Shown one piece after another: positions 13,169 to 26,150 of a stretch of DNA of 64,000 nt (its first letter is position 1; each line of letters starts with the position of its first letter). The notes beneath the pieces were generated by a model that saw nothing but the letters and a program-made list of their open reading frames with translations, was not told where the DNA came from and did not search any database. A program made the translations under genes and the position numbers. This DNA is from Podarcis cretensis (Eukaryota): NCBI GenBank assembly GCA_951804945.1, contig OX638160.1, positions 22,630,001-22,694,000 of the forward strand. Reading direction: 5' to 3'.

Positions 13169-13513
13169 CAGTGGTGCCTCGCAAGACAAAATTAATCCAT
13201 TCCGCGAGTCTCTTCGTCTAGCGGTTTTTTCGTCTTGCGAAGCAAGCCCATTGACAGCTTAGCGGATTAGCGCTATTAGCGGTTTAGCGGCTTTTAGCGG
13301 CTTTTAGCGGCTTATCAGCTTAGCAGATAAGCGGCTTAGCGGCTTAGAAAAAGGAGGGGGAGGAAAAAAAAGTCGGAAAAACTCGCAAGACATTTCGTCT
13401 TGCAAAGCAAGCCCATAGGGAAATTCGTTTTGCGAAGCGCCTCCAAAACGGAAAACCCTTTCGTCTAGTGGGTTTTCCGTCTTGCGAGGCATTCGTCTTG
13501 CGGGGCACCACTG
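13169..13513. mobile_element. Tc1/mariner-pogo MITE with internal TTAGCGG array
   Basis: TIRs CAGTGGTGCCTCGCAAGAC / GTCTTGCGGGGCACCACTG; TA TSD. Confidence 0.85.
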
Positions 13514-13546
13514 TATTAACATTCCCCAGAATCATGTTCCATTATA

Positions 13547-13773
13547 CAGTGGTACCTCGGGTTACATACGCTTCAGGTTACACACTCCACTTACAGAAAT
13601 AGTACCTCGGGTTAAGAACTTTGCTTCAGGATGAGAACAGAAATCGTGCTCCGGCGGTGCGGCAGCAGCAGCGGGAGGCCCCATTAGCTAAAGTGGTGCT
13701 TCATATTAAGAACAGTTTCAGGTTAAGAATGGACCTCCAGAACAAATTAAATACTTAACCTGAGGTACCACTG
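13547..13773 (+). mobile_element. Tc1/mariner-pogo MITE (CAGTGGTACCTCGG family)
   Basis: TIRs CAGTGGTACCTC / GAGGTACCACTG; TA TSD; multiple copies in window. Confidence 0.9.
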
Positions 13774-16198
13774 TAAAAAAGCCTTACCCAACCAATGACT
13801 CAGTCATGGGAGTTGGAGTCCAAAAACATCTGGAGGGGCATGGGTTGGAAAAGGCTCTTTTATGATGGACACTTTCAAAGTCAAACATATTATGTAACTC
13901 TTTCAAGTGCCCATTTGTCTGTGGAATATTATCACCTGTTCAAACCGCTAAGCAGTAGAAAACATGGGATGCCCATTTCTAAGTTACGTGGGTACATTTT
14001 GCACAGCTGTGCCCCACAAAGACCTTTTACAGGTGCTTCCACCCACCACTTCAAAACGAACGCCAGAAGGAAGAGTATCTCTTGGAACCTCTCCTTGTTT
14101 GTGCATTCTTAAGGAATGGTAGCCTCGTGCAGGAAAAGCATCTGGCAAATCCCAAGCAGAATTAAATTAAGATTCATAATTGCAGCCTTTGTGAAATCTG
14201 TAAAAGAAGACGCTAAAAAGCATGTCAAGCAATAAGCTTGGAGAAAATTAGCTAGGCTGATATAGAATTGGAAACTAAAATAGACAAAAATAGATAAATG
14301 AGTGCACTCCTGCTACAATCTTGGCAGGCTTGCCGGATCATAAACCGGAGAAAGGAAGAGTTTTGGCAACAGAGCGATTCTGTGCATCTCCACTGAGGAG
14401 CTAAGTCGCCTGTCCAGTGGAGCTGACTCCCAGGTAAATGTACATGGAACTGCAATGAGGGGAAGGGGGTCCGGGGCAATCCAGAATTGCAGTGAAAAAA
14501 TATTAACTAAATAATATCTGAGCAACTTGGCACAGTAGTACTGCTGCCCTCCTCTACTTTTCAAGCTTGAAAGGGGTCTTTGACTTCCACCTGTTCTGAA
14601 GCGACAGTGATGGGAAAGTTCTCAGCTCAGCTCAGAAGCGGCTCAGCAATTATGAGTACCATCAGAGAATGTCCATTCAAAAGACTGGCTTTTTCAAAAA
14701 AAAAAAAATTATTTGTTTGTACATTTCAGCACATGCACACTTCCTTTCTGGGATGTGAAACACTTTCTCACATTGCTGCTTGAGAACTCTGGAGTGTGGA
14801 TGGGGGACGGGACACACACCATCAAATGCTCCCTATTCTTCCTGGTATGTTGTGTGTGATGATGCCCCAACCCATGATCAGCTGCTGCTCCATGTTTACT
14901 AAGAATAAAAAGTCCATTTCATCAATCGACCACAGTTTCATCAGGAGTTAAGAGGTTAAAGTAATCAACTTCTGAACACCCGCCAACAGGAACTGCAGGC
15001 TTTGAGCACCTAGGCTGATTAATTTAGACCACACAGGCACAATATTGGCACCTAAACTTGTAATAATCTCAATTTTCATTCCAAACAAGAGGAAGAATTT
15101 CAGGGTTAGGGAGCTCTGCTGAGAATACTCCTGGGCATGATGGGCTGGTAAACTCTTATTCAAAGCTAATGGAAATGCGTGTGGGGGCAAACTGCTATAG
15201 TTCTACGAAAGCAGAGAAGCAGAAGGCACCTGGCAGGAGTCCAGATTGAACAATGGAGAAGTACAGCTGAAAAAGGATGAGCTAAAGCAGCAACAACAAA
15301 AAAACGTTGCAATTGTAGGTAGTTGACTTGAGTTGCCAAATAGTAAAGCTTTGGAATCATCCTTTCCTGCTAAAGGTAGAAGAATTATGGAGGGTCACCA
15401 CACACATTACATAGCAGCAAACCATTTTTTTGTTCTTTGCTACTAAGTGTATGCTCAAGCAGAGCGCTTTAACCAATCCTGAGACAAATTATGCCCGTAT
15501 GGAAGACACACCATGTTTTTGGCCACATTCACACGCAGCACTACTCCAAATTGTGACTTAGCATGAATGTGCGAACCTGCTGGCTCCTGGGGAGAACGCA
15601 GGAAGGTTTGTTCTTGGCTACGGATTATAGCTAAGGAGGAGAGAGCTTAAATATTAAGCCGAGTTTGGGACGACATGCTAAGCCAAACCTTGGCTTTGCT
15701 GTTGTGCCATAATGAGCTAAAAGAACAAGGAGAACAAAGCAAGTGTGAGCTCCTATCGGGGAGCCGGAATGGTTGCATGGTCCTAATAAGTCATACTTTG
15801 GCTTACCATTATATGCAAACCATGCCTATGTTACATTCATATTCCACATTTTAGGTATTCACTTAATGCAGCTAAAATACCTAATATAGGAAGAGAAGCC
15901 CCATGATATCAAAGACAAGGTGCAGGAGCAAGATAAGTTTTGTTGCATAACACGTTAATTTAATTTCCAGAGAAGCAGCCAGGCTAATCTGTTGCAGCAA
16001 AACAAAGGGAGAGTTTTGTGGCACCTTAAAAAACCAGCAAATTTATTATGGTATAAGTCAGTGTTGGTGACCCGGTGACGCTCCAAACGCTGTTGGACTG
16101 CAACTCCCATCATCCCTGATCATTGGCCATGCTTGCTAGGGTGGACTAGGTTTGAGTCCAACAACATCTGGAGGGCCACAGGTTCCCTACCCTTGGTA

Positions 16199-16440
16199 CA
16201 GTGGTACCTCGGGTTACATACGCTTCAGGTTACATACGCTTCAGGTTACAGACTCCGCTAACCCAGAAATATTACCTCAGGTTAAGAACTTTTCTTCAGG
16301 ATGAGAACAGAAATTGAGCGGTGGTGGCGCAGCAACAATGGGAAGCCCCATTAGCTAAAGTGGTGCTTCAGGTTAAGAACAGTTTCAGGTTAAGAACGGA
16401 CCCCCAGAACGAATTAAGTTCTTAACCCGAGGTACCACTG
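16199..16440 (+). mobile_element. Tc1/mariner-pogo MITE (CAGTGGTACCTCGG family)
   Basis: TIRs CAGTGGTACCTCGGGTTA; TA TSD. Confidence 0.9.
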
Positions 16441-18835
16441 TATATGTTTTCAGAATCTACTTCACCAGATGCATGAAATGTTATGCTTGCCTTATGCTAT
16501 AATAAATGTTGTTAGCTTTTAAGGTTCCACAAAACACTCCTGATTCTTTTTAACCTCCATTTAAAGAATCCTGAAGAATCAGTAAAAGATTTGGCCTCTT
16601 TTCCTTTTCTTTTTTCTTTTGCATAGGACACACTCTGAAATCAAAGGTAAATGGAACAAGTCAACAAGAGCAAGAAATACCGGCCCTACTATTAGGCAGA
16701 GTGAAGCAGCCATCTTAGGTGGCAGCTGCTAGGATGATGGGGAGAGCAGTGCCCTATGGCATGCCCTGAGCCGCCTGCTTTCTCCCTCAGGTGTGGTGGG
16801 AGGGCATTATCCTGTTTCCCAGTGTTGAAGTAATATTCAACTGCCAGTCGAGTCAGCCTAAAGGGGCATGTGTGTGTTACCTTGTCCTTTGCCTCATGCA
16901 TGTCTTGGGTTGGTCCTGGCAGCGAAGAGAAAAATCTGCCCCTTCCCCAGATTTGGTGAAGCACCCTGAAGTCTAGTCTGCAGGGCTCCTCTGTGGTGAT
17001 GGTGCATTGACAAGTGCTTTTCATGCTCTTCTGATTTTCTGTGTAAGTGCCAAACTAAGAGAGAGGAGAGCTAGCATCTCAACAGGCAGTCCCTGAACTT
17101 CTGGCAATTTTTCACTTCGAGTTCTACTCCCATTGTCTGAATCCTGTGGTCTTGGACGGACAAAATAATTTGCTCTCTTTCATTGAGCCGGCTTCTCTTG
17201 TTCTCCTTGATGCCAGTAAGAGTCATCTGACTGAGTCATAAGAGATGTAAAATAATCCTATTCTCCTCTCTCGCTTCCACCCCTCCATCTCTGGCCTCTC
17301 TTCAGCTTTCCAGAGATTGTCTCACAAGAAACACCTTCCTCCTTTGTTGCATGATGAGAGGCAGAAAGCACAATTTATTGTTTAAAAAAAAAACTTTGGG
17401 AAAGAGAAAGTAAAAGAAAATATCTAATCATGTAGCTGATCTTTTGGACTAGAAGGGCACTGGGGGGGGGGTGATCCTGCTCCAATTATATTAAAATAAC
17501 AGAATTTGAGATATAATAGTAGCAATTATTTCCTATATTTTAAAAATAATGTCCTGTGGCTTTTTTCCGGGGGTGGAGCAAAGAGATGCACTTCCAGTGC
17601 TCCTATATTTCTCCCATGCATTTTCTCCCCTTCCAAAAGGTGTGTTGTGTCTACCTGTTTTCTTCCAATGAACCCTTGACGCAAATACCTGTTATTTCCC
17701 ATTCTTCATCCTTTCTTGTACGTAGTAAGTCTGGAATCTTTATCATGCAAATGTGTAATAATGACTCATCACATCATCAGGCAGTCCACTGCTGGGCATC
17801 ATGACAACTGAGAACCCAGACAAAGAACCTTACTACACATCCAGGCCGTGCTATCGCCATTGGGTAAGGTGACATAGATGACCAGGCTACTCCTGGCTAC
17901 TTCGGTTTATTTGGGTGCACCATCTGTGTGTGCAAATAAGCACTTTGAGTAGCTGGAACCAGCTGTGGGTAAGATGCTCCAGCAAAACAGAGGTATTTAG
18001 GAGAAGGGATTTGCATCAGCTCCAATTTGCATTAATATAATCACCTGAGGGTCCTTCCATGTTTTACAGATTTGGGCTAATTTGAAATAATATTTTAACA
18101 TCAGAAGGAAGGTACCAGCCATCTTCTAAACAATAATCAGCCAAAGCTCAAAGGCTTTCCCAGAGATTTCGCTATACCTGACTTGGAGCATCTGCTTGCG
18201 TTTTCCTCTTTAACAGCTTCCAGTGTTCCCGTTTGAAATCTGTCTTTCTCCAGTTGTGTAGGGCAAACAGGGCAGTCTAACCCTAGGATGTGCATATATC
18301 AAGTGCATTTTAGATATCATAAAAATCAGCTCCTCGTTTATAGCAAAGACCTGAAAGTATTTTCACAGCCTAGCATCTGAAACTGGGAACAGCTGCATTT
18401 CCACTGGCAGAATGCTACCCGCAGAGCTTTGGTGAAACAAAACAATTCCTAGGCATCACAGGCAAGTCTGCTGATGGGTTGGTTTTCATTTCTGACTCAC
18501 TTCTAACACTTATGAACTCATGACAGCCCCGAGCCAGCAAAGCAATGGATTTCATCGTTATGTCTGATTGCTTAATTTAACCACTTACTTACTCGCTCAC
18601 TCAGTCAGTCTCAAGATCTCATATATACAACCTGTTATGTGTACACATATTATAGATGACAAAATGACTGGCAGAAGTGACAACTGGACCTTTTTAGTTT
18701 TTTTAAAATAGGCTAGTAAGAGAGAGGGTGCTAGAGGTTTATAAAGTAAATAAAGAGAAGCTTCTCTCCTCTCATAACGTGGGGTTATCCAATAAAGTTG
18801 AAAGCTGGGAAAGGCAACATCAATGAAATGAAGGA

Positions 18836-19060
18836 CAGTCGCACCTTGGTTCTCGAATTTAATCTGTTCCAGGAGTCCATTCGATTCTCTAAACGGTTCA
18901 AAAACCAAGGCGTGGCTTCCGGTTGGCTGCAGGCAATCGGAAGCCGCGGAAGACATTCGGCTTCCAAAAAACGTTTGCAAACCGGAACACACACTTCTGA
19001 GTTTGCGACGTTCAAGAGCCGATTTAACAACTAAGGTGTTCGACTACCAAGGTACGACTG
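18836..19060. mobile_element. Tc1/mariner-pogo MITE (family shared with 27516-27741)
   Basis: Ends CAGTCGCACCTTGGT / CCAAGGTACGACTG-TA; body similar to 27516-27741. Confidence 0.8.
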
Positions 19061-19074
19061 TATTTCTTCACACA

Positions 19075-19590
19075 CAGTGCATAGTTGAACTATGGGATCA
19101 CATAGGTGTGGTGAAGGCCAAGACCATGTGCATATCTTTAAAGGGGAAATTAGACAAATAAATTAATTATTATTTTATTTTATTACATTTTATATGCTGC
19201 CTTTCCTCAAGGTGATATGCACAGTTTTCCGTTCCCCATTCCCCTGTGAAGTAAGTCACTGGCCCTAGGTCAGCCAGTGAACTTTGTGACCGAATGGGGA
19301 TTCAAACCCTGGTCTCTCAGCTCAGATTCCAACACTCTATCCTTTACAATACACTGGGTGGTGATGAGTAATGCTATTGATGACGAATAGCCATAATGGC
19401 GACATACGATCTCCAGTATTGAAGGCTGCAGGTCTCTACATACAAGTTGCTGGAGAGCAAATACTGCGGGCGGCTGCTGCCTGTCCTGTTTGAGGACTTC
19501 CCATAGCCATCTGGTTGGCCATTATGGAAAACAGGACGCTGGACTAGACAGGCATTTGGTATTCTCCAATGAGGCTCTTCTTATATTAGC
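19075..19590 (+). mobile_element. Degenerate CR1 3' fragment interrupted by an old SINE (~19165-19360, minus)
   Basis: CR1-like 3' motifs (ttcacacacagtgcatagttgaactatgg; ggactagacaggcatttggt..tccaa). Confidence 0.55.
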
Positions 19591-21042
19591 TGCTGCATTA
19601 GATGCAAATTCTGACGGTCAAAGTGCTCACATGTCATTAGTGTGGCACAGTATTTGTTTCAACAGGAAGTTTTGCTACTACCTGTTTATAAGGAAGGATG
19701 GGTAGATAAAATATTAAACTTTCTGGACTCCATCTCCCATCAACCTCACTCAGCATGGCCACTGGTCAGGGATGATGGGAGTTGTAGTCCAGCAACATCT
19801 GGAGGAGCAGATTCCCCATCTCAGATTTGAAGGATTGTTTACTTTGGTATGAGCATGCCCAGTAATTTAGATCTTCTTTTGACTCAACCCACAGGGTGAT
19901 GATCTTAACAGGCATCATTGCTTCTCAGATGGAAATAACAGCTCGACATCTCATTTAACTACTGGATGGTGCGATATTTGAACGGAGAACTCCTTGATGG
20001 TGACCAGTTGCCAAACCAGAATCAGAAACCGTCGTTTGGTTTGCAAGCTATGGTTCATGCTAACAATGGTTAGGAATGATACCTGCGCTGAGAAATCATA
20101 ATTAGGGTAGTGTTTTCATCCCTGGGTGCTACCGCACCACAGAAACATGTAGAACAAGCAGCTCTGTCTGCATAATAGCTAAGGTTCTGAATGGTGGTTT
20201 GTGCAAATCATGGTTTGGTGTGATATGTGAATTGAAACAGTAAGTAGAAAACACGTCTCAGATATTTTTTTTCTGTTGAAAAAAATAACCTCCTTATTTA
20301 TGTTTGAAATTTGGCACAAGCTTTCCAAAAGGTTAGAGTGAGAGGTGAATGTGAACTTTCTGCCCTCTCTGACATCAAAACAGAAAAATGTCACCAGTGT
20401 ATAAATTCTGGACTTTTGACTAATCAATTTTCAACACACATCATATAGTATTACTTCGTTTCTTCGGTTCCACTCAAAAGAATTGCGTGCAGAATTCCTT
20501 GAGAAAATGAAAGCAGAAAATACACAGGCACTTTGTCAGAAACAGCAGCTGATAAAAGCAATGCGACAGCAACTGTGATCTTGCAGCCAAGACTTGGCCT
20601 GTTTTGACATATCTTGGTATTCCTTTGTCTGATAGCTTAAAATAAATGGACAAGCACTGTGGTTGATCATCAGTCAAGAAGTAAAATAAGCCTAGGATTC
20701 CAGAGCAGAACACTTCATTTCTGGGACCAAAAGAAAAAAAGCAATTCCTTGCGTCATTGTAATTAAATCTGTTATTATCAACATTAAAACCAAATGGGCT
20801 GTTCTAATTAGGTTATTTGCTAGTTTTGTTGTTTTTAAATCACCTTTAATGGTATCTACAATTAATGATCAAGTAGGGCAAGCATTTTGATAGGAACTAT
20901 AAAGGTGGCAATTAATTAATGCAATTTTATTATCAATGGTGGTCGATACCTGATATAAATGAAGACAAATAAAACAAGGAATCTTGGTATTACCACCCAT
21001 GTTAAAAGAGCTTCCACAGTTAACACTAGAAAAATACCTTTA

Positions 21043-21284
21043 CAGTGGTACCTCGGGTTACATACGCTTCAGGTTACAGACGCTTCAGGTTACAGACTCT
21101 GCTAACCCAGAAATAGTACCTCGGGTTAAGAACTTTGCTTCAGGATGAGAACAGAAATTGTGCTCTGGCAGCGCGTCAGCAGCGGGAGGCCCCATTTGCT
21201 AAAGTGGTGCTTCAGGTTAAGAACAGTTTCAGGTTAAGAACAGACCTCCGGAATGAATTAAGTTCTTAACCCGAGGTACCACTG
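21043..21284 (+). mobile_element. Tc1/mariner-pogo MITE (CAGTGGTACCTCGG family)
   Basis: TIRs as above. Confidence 0.9.
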
Positions 21285-21544
21285 AATTAGCACTAACTAA
21301 AATGTTAAAAGCAGTGATGTTTTAGTTGGTCTAATACTTTTTCATTTTCCCCCTAACACATCAGCATAGCTAACTGCAACTTACGTGCATTTTGGAGACT
21401 ACTGCTAAATTGTCTCAGTGTTGTTAACATTGTTGATAAATGTGCCATGATTAGGCCATCCATAGTAAGACAATAGCATAGTTTACACTGTAGTTTTCTG
21501 GACAACCAAGTCCTGGAATTATAAGAGCTAGGCTGTTTGTACAC

Positions 21545-21714
21545 GGCTGTACATCTAAAGCACACTTAAAAGCACATTTCCCCCTCAAAAGAATCCTGGG
21601 AACTGTAATCCACCCCTCACAGAGCTACAATTCCCAGCTCCCTTAATAAACTACAGTTCCCAGGATTCTTTTTTCGGGGTGGGGGGTTGCTTTAAATGTT
21701 TGTTGTATATACAG
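21545..21714. mobile_element. Degenerate palindromic MITE
   Basis: Inverted arms AAGAATCCTGGGAACTGTA / TACAGTTCCCAGGATTCTT. Confidence 0.6.
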
Positions 21715-22759
21715 TTGTACTCTCATTAATTAAGCCCTTTTTCACATTGCAGTTGACACATTTGGAATTAAGCGAAAGCAACTTAAATGCTCTTTAAATT
21801 GTACCAGGTTAATTTGATTGCCCAGCAGCCTTAATATATACTAGAATATATGAACTAGCAAGACATGTTTACATCAAACAGAAGGATAGTTTCTGTGACT
21901 GTGGAACTCCCCGTCATAGGATGTGACAGTGGCCTGGCCTACGCATGCAGCAGCAGAATGAGATGCCAGACTCCTGAGATGTTAGACCGGAATATCCCAT
22001 CCAGACTGCAGGTGGGGTGTGCACAAACATTTTTTCCTTCAAACTCCCAGCATGTAACAAAGCAGCACATTATTCTGTTCATTTAACCAATTTGGTGTGC
22101 TAGATTTCTGCTTGCATTTAGTGCCGATCATGGGCCAGCAGGTGGCTGAGAACGTTTTACAATTACACGGGCCAAAGCTATGCTAAGTTTTGCTTTTGCC
22201 AGACATGAGCTTAATCATTGCACAGTGTAGGGATTTGGTGGGGGTGGGGAGTGTCCTTTTGCTGCATAGCACATCCTTTTACTCTTGGCAACTAAAGAAA
22301 GCAGAAAGCTGAAGCCAATGGAAAAAAGCTCTTCCCAGGTGGGAAACAAGTATGGAGGAGGATGCTCAGGCTAGGACCTCCAGCATTTACCCGTTGCTTC
22401 AACTATCGGCTAAAAAACCTCAGATGCAGGGATGGAAATTCATTTTAAAATCCAACCAGTGGCGCAATTCTTTCCTACGGTATTCACATTTTGAAGCACT
22501 GGGCAGCCAATCTTTCTTCAGAGGACCATGGGCAGATCTGCAAACTAGAGAGAAATTGCTGTGGGCAGAGTGTGTGCAGGCACTGTGATATGTTGGGGGA
22601 GGGAGTACAGGTGTGCGCAAGTGAATGTGGCCACGTCCACTTCTTGGACACGGCCACTGTTGACATGAGACCACCAGAAGGGTTTGCAACAAGACAATGG
22701 AGGCCTTGGGTATGCATTTATGCCATTGATTTAGATCAGGATCTCAGAATGCTCTAGGG

Positions 22760-22889
22760 CAGGCATGGCCAAACTTGGCCCTCCAGATGTTTTGGGACTA
22801 CAACTCCCATCATCCCTAGCTAACAGTGGTCAGGGATAATGGGAATTGTAGTCCCAAAACATCTGGAGGGCCAAGTTTGGCCATGCCTG
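22760..22889. mobile_element. hAT-type palindromic MITE (young copy)
   Basis: Near-perfect inverted arms of ~50 bp; perfect 8-bp TSD CTCTAGGG (22752-22759, 22890-22897). Confidence 0.92.
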
Positions 22890-23709
22890 CTCTAGGGTCA
22901 GCAGTCCCAGGACTTACAGTAGGCAGAAAGGGGATTCTGGAAGGAAGCCCATAAGTCTGCATGTAGGGAACAGCCAAATAAACCTTGTTATCTACTAAGC
23001 ATCGTCTGAGTCCAGGTTCTTCTTTCTAAGAGTTCCAGTCCTCTGAGTACATCAATCACTTGGGTGAAGCAATCCAGAGGACACCATAGTGGAAATAAGT
23101 AACGACTATGAATTTTTAAGAGGAAAACACAGTTGCAGACTATGTCCTTCAAGTTAGTGAAGCAGTCAAATTCCTGTCTGGAAAGTCAAACTGGCTTCTG
23201 TTTGGGAAGCATTGTTTCTCATTCCTCCGCCTGCATGAACTCCACCTACTCAAAGAATACGGCATTGTTGACCTTCCACCCACTTGTAAACACACAGACT
23301 TCATGATTTCTCCCACACGCCATACCTTTTGGTAAACTTCCAAAAGAAAAAAAAGAAAAAAGAATGACTCTTTGATCCTTCCCACACTGTGCTGATGCCA
23401 TAATTAAACTGTCTGATTAGGGAGAAAGCAACCACAGCTTACAATGGATGTACTCATATCCTGTTCAAATTTACATCGCCTCTTGCTTTTCAATCACGGA
23501 CTTGTACCTGTTTTAACCAAACAGTCTTGGCTCTTAGGACAATGCTAGTCCTTGGAATTCACTCTGTTCTGCTCCTATCCAGTACTAACACGCAGACTCT
23601 GTCATCTCTACAGGGCTTTTATTGTGCAGGCTGCGTCACAATCCTTCTATACCCTTCACAGGAACACTGACAGCTAACATGATAAGAAACACGTTGTGGT
23701 GGTTAGTGT

Positions 23710-23948
23710 TAAGGCGATATATCATCAGCTAAACATCACAATATACTGGTATATCACAATGTCTTAAATAAGGATGGAGCTATGTAGAGGCATTGGCTGG
23801 CTTCGCGGTTTTCTCCACATTGTGATTTTCGCATAGCACACTCTCACACACATCATGATTCACAATATATTGCCAGGTCAAAAACAATGCAACTGATATA
23901 GATTTCAAACCGGTTTTGGACGATATATCAATATATCGCCCGGCTCTA
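23710..23948. mobile_element. hAT-type non-autonomous element nested in an old SINE head
   Basis: 8-bp TSD GTTAGTGT (23702-23709, 23949-23956); ends TAAGGCGATATAT / ATATATCGCCCGGCTCTA. Host SINE continues to B box GGTTCAAATCC and on to ~24135. Confidence 0.75.
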
Positions 23949-25256
23949 GTTAGTGTGTCAAGCTGGAACTAGGGAGACACAGGTTCAAATCCCAATTCAG
24001 CTTGGAAACCAAATGGGTCAATCTTGGGTCAGTCACTATATCTCCACCTCACCTCCTTCATAGGACTGTTGAGTGGAATAAAATGGGGCAGGGGGCCTTA
24101 AGCTTCTTGGAAGAAAGGTGGGATACAAATAAAACCAAGAATAGTATTTGTGCTTTGCAGAGCTATAGGTTCCCTAACATAAAAATTATTTAAGGGCTGA
24201 AAGAAAGCCTTCTAGCTGTGTTCCGTGTTACAAAGAAACAGGAATATAAGTCACTTGTCGTTTTGTAGTCTCTCCTTCTGCGTAATACCCAAATCATCTA
24301 TATGGGTTGCCACTGAGCTCCCACGCATGGCCTTTGGAAGGAGTTACAATGCACATCTGCTTCCATCGGATGTAAAGTGTGTGCTCCATTAACAAGCAAG
24401 TGGAAAAGATATATTGAACCCCCAGGCATTACTGTAGGGTGCAGAGGTTTAAACGGAAGTAGAAATGAAATGGTCAAGAAGTTTGAAAAATCAGACTTTG
24501 AAATCATTCCCTACCCTGCTATGGTTTAAATGCATTCAGAAGTGTTCATCTATTATACATGGTATTCTCCCTTTCACCCCATGTGTAACACAGAGAAGTG
24601 CCATAAAACTATTTAAATCCCATCATTCTATAGCACCTGAAGCAGAACATCCCACTGAGCAGGGAAAATGAAAGTATTTTTAGACTCCTCTCTATAAACA
24701 GTGAGGATACCCTGAATATAGATGTATCTATTTAACAGCACCTATTCTGCAAGTGCATGACACTACAGTAGGCACAAGCAATAAAACAGATACACCAATT
24801 TGTCTAGAGAAGATGCCCATTTCCCAGTGAAAAATTATATTATAGCTAAACCAAGATACAGAATGGTAGGTCTTGTTTCTTAATGAATTGTCGTTCATAA
24901 ATTCAATCCTGGATAAATCCCATTCTGTAATGCTAGCAGGAGCCAGCATCAGAAGACCCAAGGAGCTATAAAGTTACAAACCCCTGGCCATTACATACTA
25001 ATTATCTTAGAGGATGCTTTTCAGACACTTCCCGTTCAAAACCCACAAAGTCAGAAGGACAATACAGTCCAGCTTTTTGTGGCCTACTTGCAGGTGTTTG
25101 ATGGGTGCTATACAACTACGGAAATGGAGGTATGATGTGACTCATTAATAGCACTTCTTAATCGTTGCATCGAGGGAAACCCAGATGCAATCCAACTAGA
25201 GAGTTGCAAAATTGTTTAGTAAATTAATGCAGCTAATTGCTGACTTCTCTGTAGAA

Positions 25257-25257
<1 letters not shown>

Positions 25258-25297
<40 letters not shown>

Positions 25298-25575
25298 TTA
25301 TTTATACCCCGCCCATCTGGCTGGGTTTCCCCAGCCACTCTGGGCAGCTTCCAACACAATATTAATAATAATATTAAAATACAGTAATGCCTCAAACATT
25401 AAAAGCTTCCCTAAACAGGGCTGCCTTCAGATGTCATCTAAAAGTTTGGTAGTTGTTGTTCTCTTTGACATCTGGTGGGAGGGCATTCCACAGGGAGGGC
25501 GCCACTACTGAGAAGGCCCTCTGCCTGGTTCCCTGTAACTTGGCTTCTTGAAGTGAGGGAACCACCAGAAGCCCC
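25258..25575 (-). mobile_element. L2-like LINE 3' fragment with (TTA)n tail
   Basis: Same family as 4260-4575. Confidence 0.75.
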
Positions 25576-25610
25576 TCTGTGAATATCTCTGTGGATTGCT
25601 CAGAGCCAAT

Positions 25611-26150
25611 TACATTGGCCCGAATATAAGCCGCACTTTTTCTCCAAATTCTGACAGCGAGAAGTTAAAGTGCGGCTCATATACATGACCTTCCCTTTCC
25701 CCCAACTGCTCTGGGGAGGCTTGGGAGCAGCAGACAGGATGCGTGCCATTGCCCTCAGCTCCCAAGCTGCACCGCTCTGCCGGCGCACCCCCCCCCCAGA
25801 GCAGCCCGAGAACGCGGGGCAACGGTGCACAGCCTGCTTACCACTCCCAAGCCTCCCCAGAGCCTTCGTGGGAAAGGGAAGGCCACTAGCAAAGAAGCGG
25901 CTTCCCCCCCCCTCCCAAGAACAGCTCAGGAGGGTGGGCCAATGGCACGTAGCCCACCCGCTTCTCCCAAGCCTCCCCCAAGCCGCTGGAAAGAAGGTGG
26001 AAGAGGGGAAGGCCGCCAGCAAAGCAGTGCAGCTCCCCCCCCCCCACCAAGGAAGCAGTCTGGGTGTTGCCTTTTTTTTTTTCTTTTCCCTCCTTCAATT
26101 TTAAAGGTGCGGCTTATTTGCGGGTGCGTCTTGTATTCGGACCAATACAG
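25611..26150. mobile_element. Mariner/Tc-like non-autonomous DNA transposon with GC-rich interior
   Basis: TIRs ATTGGCCCGAATATAAGCCGCAC / GTGCGTCTTGTATTCGGACCAATACAG-TA; internal repeats of CCCAAGCCTCCCC. Confidence 0.75.

Noticed and set aside
12768-13184. 138-aa ORF / CpG island promoter
   Set aside because: Short GC-rich tract with TE-like ends (CAGGGGCGGAGGAA / TTCCTCCACTG); ORFs have no recognisable features.
25212-25511. Poly-Ile/poly-Leu 'transmembrane' ORFs (also 10336, 29632, 29742)
   Set aside because: Translations of (AAT)n microsatellites.
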